From the NCBI GenBank assembly GCA_050011565.1, contig JBEKIW010000004.1, forward strand, positions 113,522 through 177,521: 64,000 nucleotides of DNA. The letters run 5' to 3'. Below, one piece after another: positions 49,090 to 61,198 of this stretch. The position numbers and the translations under genes were made by a program. The notes under the pieces were generated by a model, which did no database searches, was not told the origin of the DNA, and saw only the letters and a list, made by a program, of their open reading frames with translations. The stretch is from Dehalococcoidia bacterium (GTDB lineage: Bacteria > Chloroflexota > Dehalococcoidia > GIF9 > UBA5629). Each line of letters begins with the position of its first letter. The first letter of the stretch is position 1.

Positions 49090-50028
49090 ATGGAGAAAAA
49101 GTCAAAGTACAATCCCTTTCTGGGGAGCGGGATCATATTCCTGATTTGCTTCGGTCTTATGTTTCTGGTAGTTTCTCGAGAGTCCACCTTCATTCAATCC
49201 AATCAAATTAGCGTTCCCAGTTTCTCCGGGGCATCTAATGGCGTGCCAGGCGGTGCAGGTCTTGGCAACGTCTCGGATGCCATCACTGTCAAGTCTACCG
49301 GAGTGCCGATACTTTACTTTTTCCTTATGGCAGCATTGCTTGGTTTAGTCCTTTACTTCATTCCTGTTTCAAAGCTATGGCTATTGCTCAGAATACTGTT
49401 TGGGTTCGGCTTTTCTTGGGGGGCCTTTATCTTTTTTGCGTTCTTCCTGCCGGTGGTTATAGCCACTTTGCTCACAATTGGCATGGGGCTAGCCTGGTTT
49501 TTAACCCCCAGGATCTGGCTGCATAATGGTTTACTGATTCTGACACTAGTGAGCCTGGGGTCTGTGTTTGGCACTATGTTCTCACCGTGGACCGTTATAT
49601 TAATTATGCTGGTGATTGCACTCTACGACTTCCTTTCAGTAAAGTTTGGTTACATGCAATGGATGGCGCGGAAGCTGTCTGATTCAGAGACTTTGCCTGC
49701 ATTCTTCATTCCATATAAGATCGCCAACTTGAAAATGAGCCTTAAAGGGCCTGCCGTTAAAAATCTATTTGATGATAGAGAGGAAAAGCAATTCTCTATA
49801 CTCGGTGGTGGGGACATCTTTTTCCCACTCTGGCTATCAGCGACAGTATGGTTCGCCTCAGGCATTAAAATGACCCTAGTGATAGCAGCCTTTTCGTTGC
49901 TCGGTCTAGTAGTCACTTACCTGATCCACTTTTTTTTGATGAAACGCAAGGCCACACCTGCACTCCCCTCTATATTTGTCGCCTCGTTGTGTGGACTATT
50001 GTTGGTACGTTTTGTACTGTCAGGTTGA
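49090..50028 (+). CDS. Presenilin/signal-peptide-peptidase family intramembrane aspartyl protease
   Basis: About nine TM segments with ALYD, LGGGDI and PALP in the canonical order. Start moved to ATG 49090. Confidence 0.85.
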   Translation: MEKKSKYNPFLGSGIIFLICFGLMFLVVSRESTFIQSNQISVPSFSGASNGVPGGAGLGNVSDAITVKSTGVPILYFFLMAALLGLVLYFIPVSKLWLLLRILFGFGFSWGAFIFFAFFLPVVIATLLTIGMGLAWFLTPRIWLHNGLLILTLVSLGSVFGTMFSPWTVILIMLVIALYDFLSVKFGYMQWMARKLSDSETLPAFFIPYKIANLKMSLKGPAVKNLFDDREEKQFSILGGGDIFFPLWLSATVWFASGIKMTLVIAAFSLLGLVVTYLIHFFLMKRKATPALPSIFVASLCGLLLVRFVLSG

Positions 50029-50179
50029 AACATAGGTTTTTCCACTTTAACTTTGTCTAGGCGGAATTTGTACCTGCATAAACTTAACACAACTAGGACA
50101 GAATGGGTAATCTTAACAGTGTCATCGAAATAGTTTCATGCTGAACAATCTGGACTAATGTGCAGTAGAATATGGTCTT

Positions 50180-53050
50180 CTAGCGGCCTCCGCTTAAAGC
50201 GCGCTTCGCCTCTCTCTTTAGCTGCTCGGCATCAAAAGGCTTGTCGATATGGGCAACTTTAGTCTCGGAGAGGAACTTTTCGGTGTCTGCACTCATAATA
50301 TCGCCGGTGATGAAGACCACTCTCCGGGCCAGCCGTTTGGCTATTTTTTGAATACGCTTGTATAGTTCCACGCCATTGATGCCCGGCATCTTGATATCCA
50401 CCAGGATGAGTTTGTATCTCTTGCTTTCAATTTTCCCCAGAGCATCAGTGGCGTTGTCTACAGTTTCTACCCTGTGACCTTCTCCAGTTAGTACCCGATT
50501 GACAAGGTCCCTTACCACTTGCTCATCATCCACCACCAGTATCCTGGCTTTGACCACTTTCTTAGACTTTTTAGCAAATGGCTTAGCCGGCTTTGGCGGT
50601 TTGGCTTCGGTGATTACAGGCAGTTCAACGATAAAGGTAGCGCCTTTGCCCGGCTTGCTTTCGGCGTATATCTTACCCTTATGTTCGGTAACTATCCCGT
50701 AGCACAGGCTCAAGCCCAGCCCAGTACCTTGCCCCACCTCTCTGGTGGTGAAGAAGGGGTCGAATATTCTATCCATGACCTCTGGCTTTATTCCCGGACC
50801 ATTGTCCTTGACGCATATCTTTATCGTGTTATCGGTCTTCTCCGTGGTTATGGTGAGCTTGCCCTTGCCATGAGCCAGCTTCATCTCCGTCTCGGCATTG
50901 ACGATTAAGTTGAGCAGCACCTGCTGTATCTGACCCGGGTCAGCCACGGTTTCGAGCAGATCAGGAGTCAGCCGTGTAACAACTTCAATGTTGTTGACCC
51001 TTAGATGATAAGCTCGCAGGATGAGTGTGCTCTCTATAAGCTCATTGATATCCACCAGCTTCCGCTGCGGCTTGGTCTGGCGAGAGAACACGAGCAGCCT
51101 CTGTACGATCCCAGCTACACGTCTAGCGCCATCATTGATGGCTGCCAGATCGCTCCTGACGTCCGGTGGGATGTCCTCTCGTTCCATGAGCAACTGGGCA
51201 TAGCCGACGACGCCGGTGAGAGGATTATTTATCTCGTGGGCGACGCCGGCTGCCATCTCGCCCACAGAGGCTAACCGGCTGGCCACCTGAGCCTTTTGCT
51301 CCAATTGCATCCTCTCCTCTTCAGCCCGCTTGCGATCGGTGACGTCCCAAGAAATCCCACGAAATCCGATAATCTTCCCCTCCTTGTCTCGTAGAGGAAA
51401 AACCGACCGTTCAGAAAAAATTAGGCTCCTGTCCTTGGCGATGGCTACGGCAGGAAGTCCTTTAACTGGCTCACCCGTCCGATATACCCGATTGTAGATT
51501 TTGAACGAAGTATCGACGTTCTCCTTGGGTGTGTAGGCTCTGTAACTCATTCCAAGTAACTCTTCCCTGGAACGTCCAAGGCGGCGACATGTTGCATCGT
51601 TGACAAAGGTCAAATTACCGGCAAGGTCTACCTCATAATAGGACTCGTCCATCCCCTCTAGTATAGTTCGGTATCTCTCCTCCGACTGCCTCAGCATCTC
51701 CTCCGCCCGCTTGTGCCTCTCCTCCTGTTCCATGCTGTACAGGGCAAAAGCGATATCTCCAGCAACTTCTCCAAACAGTCGCTGCTCTTCTTTTTCCGCA
51801 GCGATGCCAGGCGGGGTAGAAACGGTTATCAACCCATAGACTTCCCTACCATATTCCAGACGCACGCTCATCCCGCTTCTACCGTAATAATCTTTGGCCA
51901 GAGAACAGTCAGTACAAGCCGATGCCGGGGCTTCGATTACCACAACGCCAGATTTTTCCAGCACCTTACGTCCACAATCCGGCAATTCGCCACGCTTTAG
52001 CCGCTCAATCATTTGCTGGAAGTCCTTGCCCAGACCAGCTTCAGCAGCAGCCACCAGCTTCCCGGACTCGTCCAGCAGGGCAATCCAGGCATTGTAATAG
52101 CCGCGGGCTTTAACGAAGTTTTTGCAGGTACCTTCGAGCAGACTACCGCGGTCGGCCCCTCTGGCTATTAGCTGATTTACATTGCGGACGGTGCGAAGCA
52201 TCAAGCTGATATGCTGTGCCCTCTCCTCTAACCGCTTGCGCTCAGTAACATCACGGCTAATTGACCGAAATCCGATAATCTTTCCCTCATTGTTTCGCAA
52301 AGGAGAAACTGAGTTTTCTAAAAATATCTGCGTTCCGTCTTTTCTAACGCTTGCAAAAGGATATAATTTCAGTGGCTCGCCTGTCCGGTAGACTTTATTC
52401 CAGGCCTTATACACGCTCTTTGCATACTCTTTGGGTACGTAGGCTCGATAGTTCATTCCGATTAACTCTTCTTTGGAGTATCCGAATTGACGACAAGTTG
52501 CGTTATTGATGAAGGTGAAGTTACCAGCGAGGTCTACCTCATAGTAGCCTTCTTCTATCTCATCCAGTATGGTCCGATATCTCTCCCCAGACTGTCTTAA
52601 AGCTTCTTCCGCCTGCTTGCGCTCGGTGATGTCCTGCGTGACCTCGATTAAGCTGGTGATATTGCCGTTGACGTCCCTGACCAGGGTGCCCTGTATGAGC
52701 CACACCCTCCCATCCGGACTGGTGATCTCTGACTGCTGCGGTTGGCCGGTTTCGCGGGCTTTGACTACGGGACAGCCTTCACACGGCTGGTTACGCTGGT
52801 GCCATATCTCATAGCAGAAGCGGCCTACCAGTTGTTCAGGGGCTAAACCCACAGAGTCACCAGCAGCCCTGTTCGCCCAGAGTACCCTGTTCTCTGTGTC
52901 CTGGTAGGCCACAAGCTCCGACATGCTGTCCAGGATGGTTGCCAGTACGGGGCTGGTCTGCCGCGGTATCTTTCCGATACGCTTGCTTCGGGCACCTGGC
53001 TTCCCGGCTGGTGTTCCTTTTCCTCTCTTATCGCCCTTCATTGCCCACAT
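50180..53050 (-). CDS. PAS-PAS-GAF-PAS hybrid sensor histidine kinase with C-terminal receiver
   Basis: PAS ends DITERK/DVTERK/DVTDRK, a GAF region, [29 protein letters not shown] and a receiver (VVDDE, DIKMP, KPF). Confidence 0.95.
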   Translation of the reverse strand: MWAMKGDKRGKGTPAGKPGARSKRIGKIPRQTSPVLATILDSMSELVAYQDTENRVLWANRAAGDSVGLAPEQLVGRFCYEIWHQRNQPCEGCPVVKARETGQPQQSEITSPDGRVWLIQGTLVRDVNGNITSLIEVTQDITERKQAEEALRQSGERYRTILDEIEEGYYEVDLAGNFTFINNATCRQFGYSKEELIGMNYRAYVPKEYAKSVYKAWNKVYRTGEPLKLYPFASVRKDGTQIFLENSVSPLRNNEGKIIGFRSISRDVTERKRLEERAQHISLMLRTVRNVNQLIARGADRGSLLEGTCKNFVKARGYYNAWIALLDESGKLVAAAEAGLGKDFQQMIERLKRGELPDCGRKVLEKSGVVVIEAPASACTDCSLAKDYYGRSGMSVRLEYGREVYGLITVSTPPGIAAEKEEQRLFGEVAGDIAFALYSMEQEERHKRAEEMLRQSEERYRTILEGMDESYYEVDLAGNLTFVNDATCRRLGRSREELLGMSYRAYTPKENVDTSFKIYNRVYRTGEPVKGLPAVAIAKDRSLIFSERSVFPLRDKEGKIIGFRGISWDVTDRKRAEEERMQLEQKAQVASRLASVGEMAAGVAHEINNPLTGVVGYAQLLMEREDIPPDVRSDLAAINDGARRVAGIVQRLLVFSRQTKPQRKLVDINELIESTLILRAYHLRVNNIEVVTRLTPDLLETVADPGQIQQVLLNLIVNAETEMKLAHGKGKLTITTEKTDNTIKICVKDNGPGIKPEVMDRIFDPFFTTREVGQGTGLGLSLCYGIVTEHKGKIYAESKPGKGATFIVELPVITEAKPPKPAKPFAKKSKKVVKARILVVDDEQVVRDLVNRVLTGEGHRVETVDNATDALGKIESKRYKLILVDIKMPGINGVELYKRIQKIAKRLARRVVFITGDIMSADTEKFLSETKVAHIDKPFDAEQLKREAKRALSGGR

Positions 53051-53496
53051 CCCCTTAAGGTGCTGTCACTCCCGCTGAGCTGTTTGAATACTCAATGCAA
53101 ACTGGCCATGGTTTGCCCAGGCACTCAGCACACATAGTAGAACCAGTCAATTTACCACTAGTGTTTTTCTTCTCAAGCCTAACAAGATGTATTATGTCTA
53201 CGATGTCTCAGGAATGTCAAGAGATACGAGTTGCTTCTCACTTTCTGTTGGAGAGGCAAGCAGGAGACACCACCTTGCGCACCAGAGTCGGCTCTTCGAG
53301 CTTACCGGATTGCACAAACCGCCCTTTTGTTACCCCTGGAGTAGCAACAATACAAGCTATTCTTCACGATGCTTGCACCAACTCAAAATCCAGGGCCTTA
53401 GTATACGAAATTAGATATGGAACCGTATGACAGGGCGTTATCTCTTGTGCTAGTATTTGGTTTGTCAAGCCAAAGACAATATTAACCATCTTATTA

Positions 53497-54252
53497 ATGG
53501 TGAAAAAGACAGGGAGAGACAATTTGAGAATTCTTGCATTTTCAGACATTGAAAAATGGGGGAGATATGAAAGATTAGTACACACCATCAGACCTGATGT
53601 CGTCGCATTAGCCGGAGATTTGACTTCTGATGGTTCTGCCAGTTTTGCCAGGTTCTTGGAGTATTCTGATAGAAGAAAAGGAAGAAGATTGCACATTGAC
53701 AGATTCTACAAGTTTTTGAGATACGCTGGGGCAAGATCTCAGGTCTTGGTCGTCAAAGGTGACCATGATACAGATTTTGAAGGAGCCTACATCCCAGAAA
53801 AAATAAATGGGATATGTGGGTGTCAAGAAATATCAGGAGGAGTTATTGAAGTAAATGGAATTCGTTTTCTTGGCTTAGGCGTTAATGAAACAAGCTATCT
53901 GAGAATTCTCAAACCAATAATTGAACAACATAAAGAAGAAGCAGATGTTGTTATTACGCATTGCAAGCAAGATAGAGTGCCACTAGTGAGTTTACTGAAA
54001 CCAAGGCTCATTATTCGAGGGCACTTTGGTTCCGGGAAATATTTGGTTGATGGGATTCCAGCAGTCTTTACTGCAAATGTGCTTTATACTGTAATTGACT
54101 TGGAAGATAAAAGAATAGCTAAAATACTACAATATAGCAGAATTGGTTTTCACGGCAAGATAGGAATATTGGAAAACGGCTCTTGTAGTCCGTGGTTCTC
54201 GGGTGTTTCGGAATATGAAAGGTACGAATGGCTTAGACCATATAATATTTGA
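53497..54252 (+). CDS. Metallophosphoesterase (calcineurin-like)
   Basis: FSDI, LAGDLT, KGDHD, ITH and GHF motifs. AT-rich. Confidence 0.75.
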   Translation: MVKKTGRDNLRILAFSDIEKWGRYERLVHTIRPDVVALAGDLTSDGSASFARFLEYSDRRKGRRLHIDRFYKFLRYAGARSQVLVVKGDHDTDFEGAYIPEKINGICGCQEISGGVIEVNGIRFLGLGVNETSYLRILKPIIEQHKEEADVVITHCKQDRVPLVSLLKPRLIIRGHFGSGKYLVDGIPAVFTANVLYTVIDLEDKRIAKILQYSRIGFHGKIGILENGSCSPWFSGVSEYERYEWLRPYNI

Positions 54253-54493
54253 AGCCTTTTGACTGACTTCTCTGAAAAACAATAACCGAGTTTGACACTA
54301 TAAATTTCAAGTATCCAGTCTTATTGCAGGGTGGTTCAGGGATTAACATTCCGCTATTTTGTTGATTTTGAATAAACGCCAATATGTCTTTATTTCAGCC
54401 ATTTGGGAAACTGGAAAAATGAATGAATATTCGCTAAAGTTAATTAGACAAATAGACACCGAAGCATTATATTCATGGCAGCACGGTGCATAA

Positions 54494-56716
<2,223 letters not shown>

Positions 56717-56845
56717 TCGTAGCATAAACGTCTTCGAGGGCTTCTGAAGCATATTCTGAACTGCAAATCAGATGATCAGGAAGCAATAACCGTCATGAAC
56801 TGACGGATGTTCTGTACGATCAACGGAAGCCATTAGCAACATATG

Positions 56846-56882
56846 AGGGCGGCGTTTCAGATTGTATTGAAACGCCGCCCTT
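56846..56882 (+). terminator. Terminator-like hairpin after katG
   Basis: AGGGCGGCGTTTCA-N8-TGAAACGCCGCCCT (14-bp stem) with a short U-tract. Confidence 0.65.
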
Positions 56883-57186
56883 GCAATCAGTATCGTGGGC
56901 AGCCTCATCGCGACCTGGCTTTTCAAACTCATGGTACTTTAAGTGAACTTCTCTTGGCCCCTCGAGGAAATCCAATATAAGCCGTAAGGCTGACTAGTGT
57001 GAATCAAGTAATTAAAACTCTAATGGGAAGGTATTCTCAAAAAGCTGAGTTTTACCTTTTATTCACGATGGTGGGGGAGAATGGACAACCTGCATAGTAT
57101 CACTTAAGAGAGTCTAATTGTCAGGCTGATACCCATTGATACTCAACAAAATGAGTGAATGTGACGGTTTTGTTAGTATTGCTGGG

Positions 57187-57708
57187 CTAGAATATCCCTT
57201 CGGTAGTCATTGTTTTATTGCCCCTGATGAAGGACAATGAAAAATGGCTACCATTATTTAGGCTAGATAGAGCGTGCTCCAGGTCACTGGCATTGGCTAT
57301 ACTCTTCATGTTTAGTTCGGTAATAATATCTCCTGATACCAGCCCTATTCTCTCGGCAACTGATCCTGGTCTGACCCTCCCAACATAAGCGCCGAGTGTT
57401 ATTCCCGAGCCCTGCTTCGCCGTTATCTTGCTCGCATCCGCAATCGAAGCTCCAAATGAGGGACGCTGTCTTGTCTGTGTTTGAGTTATTAACTGCTCTA
57501 GTCGACCACGATCAAATCCAACCACTATCTGTCCATTGATGATCGTCACTGGGACCCCCATCTGCCCCGTACTTCTCATAAGCTCCTGAGCATAAGATGG
57601 GTTTCGAGAAACATCACGTTCCTCAAAGTCTATTCCCCTCTGTGATAGGAACTCCTTCACCATATTGCAGTAGGGTCAGGTAGGGCTAGTGTATACTGTT
57701 ACGTCCAT
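57187..57708 (-). CDS. Selenocysteine-containing glutaredoxin (UPYC) fused to a PDZ domain
   Basis: Reading through the in-frame TGA (57678-57676) gives MDVTVYTSPT-U-PYCNMVKEFL...GQMGVPV...GFD and a PDZ domain (GAYV..V.PGS.A...GL..GDII). GGAGG SD before ATG 57708. Confidence 0.85.
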
Positions 57709-58094
57709 TTAATGGTATCCTCCAAATATACATTCTCTCAATGTACATTCAGATCGGTCAAAAAACCATATTGTATCTTCATATTTTACTCTAACTCGGA
57801 TTAGGATGTCGCCTGCCTGTCATCTATGCTTATTAATTTAATGTGGCGAGTACTGGAACAAGGCATCACGCTTGATGACCTAACGGAATACTGTCTTGAA
57901 GAGATTTGACCAAGAAGTACCGTATCTTTACTATTACACCCGGGGGCTAATGCGTGGCCGACCCCAAGTTGATCTCAGATACGTGCGAACGTTCTGATTC
58001 GGCTATCTCTAACTCAACAAGTGGTACAATTATCATTATGCCCAATGCGACCTGGGATAAGACATAGCGAGCAATTAATAATAGGAGGGGTAGA

Positions 58095-58418
58095 ATGGAG
58101 ACATTTCGTGGCACAGCACATTTACCTGGTGCGGACAAAGAGTGGGGTATAAACATAGACATAGATTGGGAGGAGAAGGAAATCTATGTCCACATCGACG
58201 GTGTCCCAGGTGGGGTGAAAACCTGGACTGGCCTTGTCCCTCAGACATTCGGCAACTACGAAGTCGCCTTTAGGACTAAAGGCATACCAACCTTGCTCAC
58301 ACACTGGTGGCATCTCGTTCGAAGAAATGGTGGAGACTTATGGGGCATGGTTATCGGGCTGCCTAATGTTAGCGGAGAATGGACGACCTGCCTGGTATCA
58401 CTCAAGGAGGTCAAATAA
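58095..58418 (+). CDS. Hypothetical protein
   Basis: ATG with SD GGAGG. Trp-rich, beta-like 107-aa ORF upstream of the YyaL-family gene. Confidence 0.6.
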   Translation: METFRGTAHLPGADKEWGINIDIDWEEKEIYVHIDGVPGGVKTWTGLVPQTFGNYEVAFRTKGIPTLLTHWWHLVRRNGGDLWGMVIGLPNVSGEWTTCLVSLKEVK

Positions 58419-58494
58419 TCATGCCAGCAAAGAACCGGCAAACGGCAAAACCGCAGCAGGCCGATAGCCGTTAGCGCCAGTTCTGAACAGTTCC

Positions 58495-60516
58495 ATGCCG
58501 AATCATTTAGCGCAGGAAACAAGCCCGTATCTATTGCAGCACGCCAATAATCCAGTGGACTGGTATCCCTGGGGAGAAGAAGCCTTTAGCCGTGCCCGCA
58601 CCGAGGATAAGCCGGTGTTATTGAGTATAGGCTATTCTGCCTGTCACTGGTGCCATGTTATGGCTCACGAGTCCTTTGAGGACACTGAAATAGCCAGTCT
58701 GATGAACGAGAACTTCATCAATATTAAGGTGGATAGAGAAGAACGTCCTGACATTGATAGTATCTATATGGAAGCGGTACAGGCTCTGACCGGCAGTGGT
58801 GGCTGGCCGCTTACCGTGTTCTTAACCCCGCAAGGTAAGCCTTTCTTTGGTGGAACGTATTTCCCGCCTGAAGACAGGCACGGTATGCCTGGTTTTACTA
58901 AAGTCCTCAAAGCCGCTGCTGATGCCTACCGCAACCATCGTAGCGACATCGAAAGGTCCACCAAAAAACTGCTGGCAGCAATGTCCGGACATACAAATCG
59001 AAGTGCTGCTATTGCACCGCTTACAGTTGATATTCTCAGTGAAGCTTACCTGGCTCTTAAGCAGAATTTTGATGTGAAAAATGGCGGCTTTGGCACAGCA
59101 CCCAAGTTCCCTCAACCGATGGCGCTTGAATTTCTATTAACATATTCCGGGCGCGTTCAGGATACGGGTTCTTTGGAAATGGTGGAGTTAACCCTGGAAA
59201 AGATGGCCAGGGGTGGCATCTATGACCAGCTAGGAGGTGGTTTCCATCGTTATGCCACGGATAGTCGCTGGCTGGTCCCGCATTTTGAGAAGATGCTGTA
59301 CGACAATGCACTACTGAGTCATGTGTATTTACACGGCTATCTGGCAACAGGCAAGCAATTGTACCGCCGCATAGCTGAAGAGACTCTGGACTATGTCCTC
59401 AAGGAGATGACTGCTCCGGAGGGCGGTTTTTATAGCACGCAGGACGCTGACAGTGAAGGCGTTGAGGGTAAGTACTACTTGTGGACGTACGATGAAATCG
59501 TTCAGGCCGTTGGAGAGGAACAGGGCAAAATAATCAACGATTACTTCGGTGTTACCTCTGAAGGTGATTTCGAAGGTTGGAACATTCTCCACATTGCTAA
59601 CGGCATCATGCTGGGAGCATCGAGCAAAATTGAGCAAGCCAAAAGCTCTTTGCTGAAAAAGCGGCAGCAGAGAGTCAAGCCGAGCCGCGATGAAAAAGTA
59701 TTAGCCTCATGGAATGGACTAATGCTCGCTAGCCTGGCTGAAGCGGCAAGTGTTCTTGAACGCCAGGATTATCTGGCCGCTGCAGTGGCAAATGGCTCTT
59801 TCCTGGTAAATTCAATGATTTCCCATGGCTATCTCAGACGCACGTATAAGGATGGCGTGGCTAAAATAAGTGGCTATCTGGAGGATTATGCTCTGGTTAT
59901 CGAGGGATTGCTTAGCCTGCATCAAGCTACCTTCAGCGGCAATTGGCTCAGGCAAGCTATAAAGCTGGCAGAGACTATGATTGAGCTGTTCTGGGACGAT
60001 ACCACGAAGACACTATACTATACAAGTGATATGCATGAAAATTTGTTTGTGCGCCCCAGAAGTATATACGATTCGCCTCTGCCATCGGGTTCCTCGGCAG
60101 CCACTTCAGTTTTACTCAAATTAGCCACGCTAGCAGGCAACGAGCGGTTCCGGCAGATAGCGTCGCAGTCGCTTCGGTCAATGCAAGATTTTTTAGAACG
60201 ACATCCTCTTGGCTTCGCTAACTGGCTTTGTGCCCTTGACTTCTATTTATCTACTCCAAAAGAAATCGTTATCATCGGCCCCAGAAATAGTCCGGCAACA
60301 TCGCAGTTGTTGCGCGCTCTGTATTCTATATGGCTGCCCAACAAGGTGGTCGCCGCTTGCGATCCCGATGACCCCGCTCCGCTCTTAGAATTGAAACTGT
60401 TTGAAGACAGGCGGATGATTAATAACCGGCCCACAGCCTACGTATGTGAAAACTACACCTGCAAGACACCTGTCACCGACCCGGCTCTATTTACCAACCA
60501 GTTGCGAGGGAGCTAG
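58495..60516 (+). CDS. Thioredoxin-domain protein, YyaL/SPATA20 (DUF255) family
   Basis: [41 protein letters not shown] and [10 protein letters not shown] motifs. Confidence 0.95.
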   Translation: MPNHLAQETSPYLLQHANNPVDWYPWGEEAFSRARTEDKPVLLSIGYSACHWCHVMAHESFEDTEIASLMNENFINIKVDREERPDIDSIYMEAVQALTGSGGWPLTVFLTPQGKPFFGGTYFPPEDRHGMPGFTKVLKAAADAYRNHRSDIERSTKKLLAAMSGHTNRSAAIAPLTVDILSEAYLALKQNFDVKNGGFGTAPKFPQPMALEFLLTYSGRVQDTGSLEMVELTLEKMARGGIYDQLGGGFHRYATDSRWLVPHFEKMLYDNALLSHVYLHGYLATGKQLYRRIAEETLDYVLKEMTAPEGGFYSTQDADSEGVEGKYYLWTYDEIVQAVGEEQGKIINDYFGVTSEGDFEGWNILHIANGIMLGASSKIEQAKSSLLKKRQQRVKPSRDEKVLASWNGLMLASLAEAASVLERQDYLAAAVANGSFLVNSMISHGYLRRTYKDGVAKISGYLEDYALVIEGLLSLHQATFSGNWLRQAIKLAETMIELFWDDTTKTLYYTSDMHENLFVRPRSIYDSPLPSGSSAATSVLLKLATLAGNERFRQIASQSLRSMQDFLERHPLGFANWLCALDFYLSTPKEIVIIGPRNSPATSQLLRALYSIWLPNKVVAACDPDDPAPLLELKLFEDRRMINNRPTAYVCENYTCKTPVTDPALFTNQLRGS

Positions 60517-60613
60517 GGAAAAATTACTTCTTTGTTCTTCTCTCCCTGGCAGTCGTAGTCATAGACCTCAAGGCCTGTCCGCCATCCATCCTTTTTTTGC
60601 ATTTTACCGGTCA

Positions 60614-60645
60614 TGTGACTATGCGACCAGGATTGCATAGTCACA
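60614..60645. repeat. Perfect 11-bp inverted repeat
   Basis: TGTGACTATGC-N10-GCATAGTCACA downstream of the YyaL-family gene. Confidence 0.55.
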
Positions 60646-60727
60646 ATAACAAGAACAAGAACATTCTCCCCTTCAGAGTAGTAGTCAATATATTGACGTA
60701 AACATCGTTTGGTAGGGAACCCGTGAT

Positions 60728-61051
60728 TTGTTAGTTAAGCAGTGGAAAGTTCTAGGAAAGGTAGGCTTTGAAATATGGGTTATCATGGAAATCGCACCCA
60801 AATTCGGGTGGACCAAATATTGCCCACTTACTGATTTAGAATACTCGCTAAGAAGGCTTTATGACCCAAGTGAGAGCTGGATACGAACTAGGTCACTCCC
60901 AGCGACTATCATATTTAATATTAGCCGGATTGAAGTACCAGAATTCATCTTTACAGTTGTGTTTGGCATCTTTTTGGCTACAGTGGTGGGCGTTGTTATT
61001 GCCAGAACAATAATGCAAAGAAGATTAGCAGGAAACGAATCTGACAACTAA
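60728..61051 (+). CDS. Small hypothetical membrane protein
   Basis: One C-terminal TM helix (FIFTVVFGIFLATVVGVVIA) followed by basic residues. Start uncertain. Confidence 0.35.
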   Translation: MLVKQWKVLGKVGFEIWVIMEIAPKFGWTKYCPLTDLEYSLRRLYDPSESWIRTRSLPATIIFNISRIEVPEFIFTVVFGIFLATVVGVVIARTIMQRRLAGNESDN

Positions 61052-61198
61052 GTATGTAAATCGTCAGCGAAAACGGGATACAATTCGTCATCTTGTTCAA
61101 TGAGATAACAGAACAAGGAAATGTTGACCAACGCGAAAGATTGGGTTCAGTTCCGCGATGTCTTCTGTCAGGTAAGACACTGAAGAAGTTTGGACAAG

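Noticed and set aside
53090-53130. c-di-GMP-I riboswitch upstream of the hybrid kinase (GGGCAAACC on the minus strand)
   Set aside because: The GNRA tetraloop and the GACGCAAAG segment are missing.
53175-53202. dif-like or integron attC-like site (AAGCCTAACAA-GATGTA-TTATGTCTACG)
   Set aside because: The 11-6-11 spacing with TTATGT is suggestive, but the arms are too degenerate, there is no partner site, and no matching GTTRRRY end was seen.
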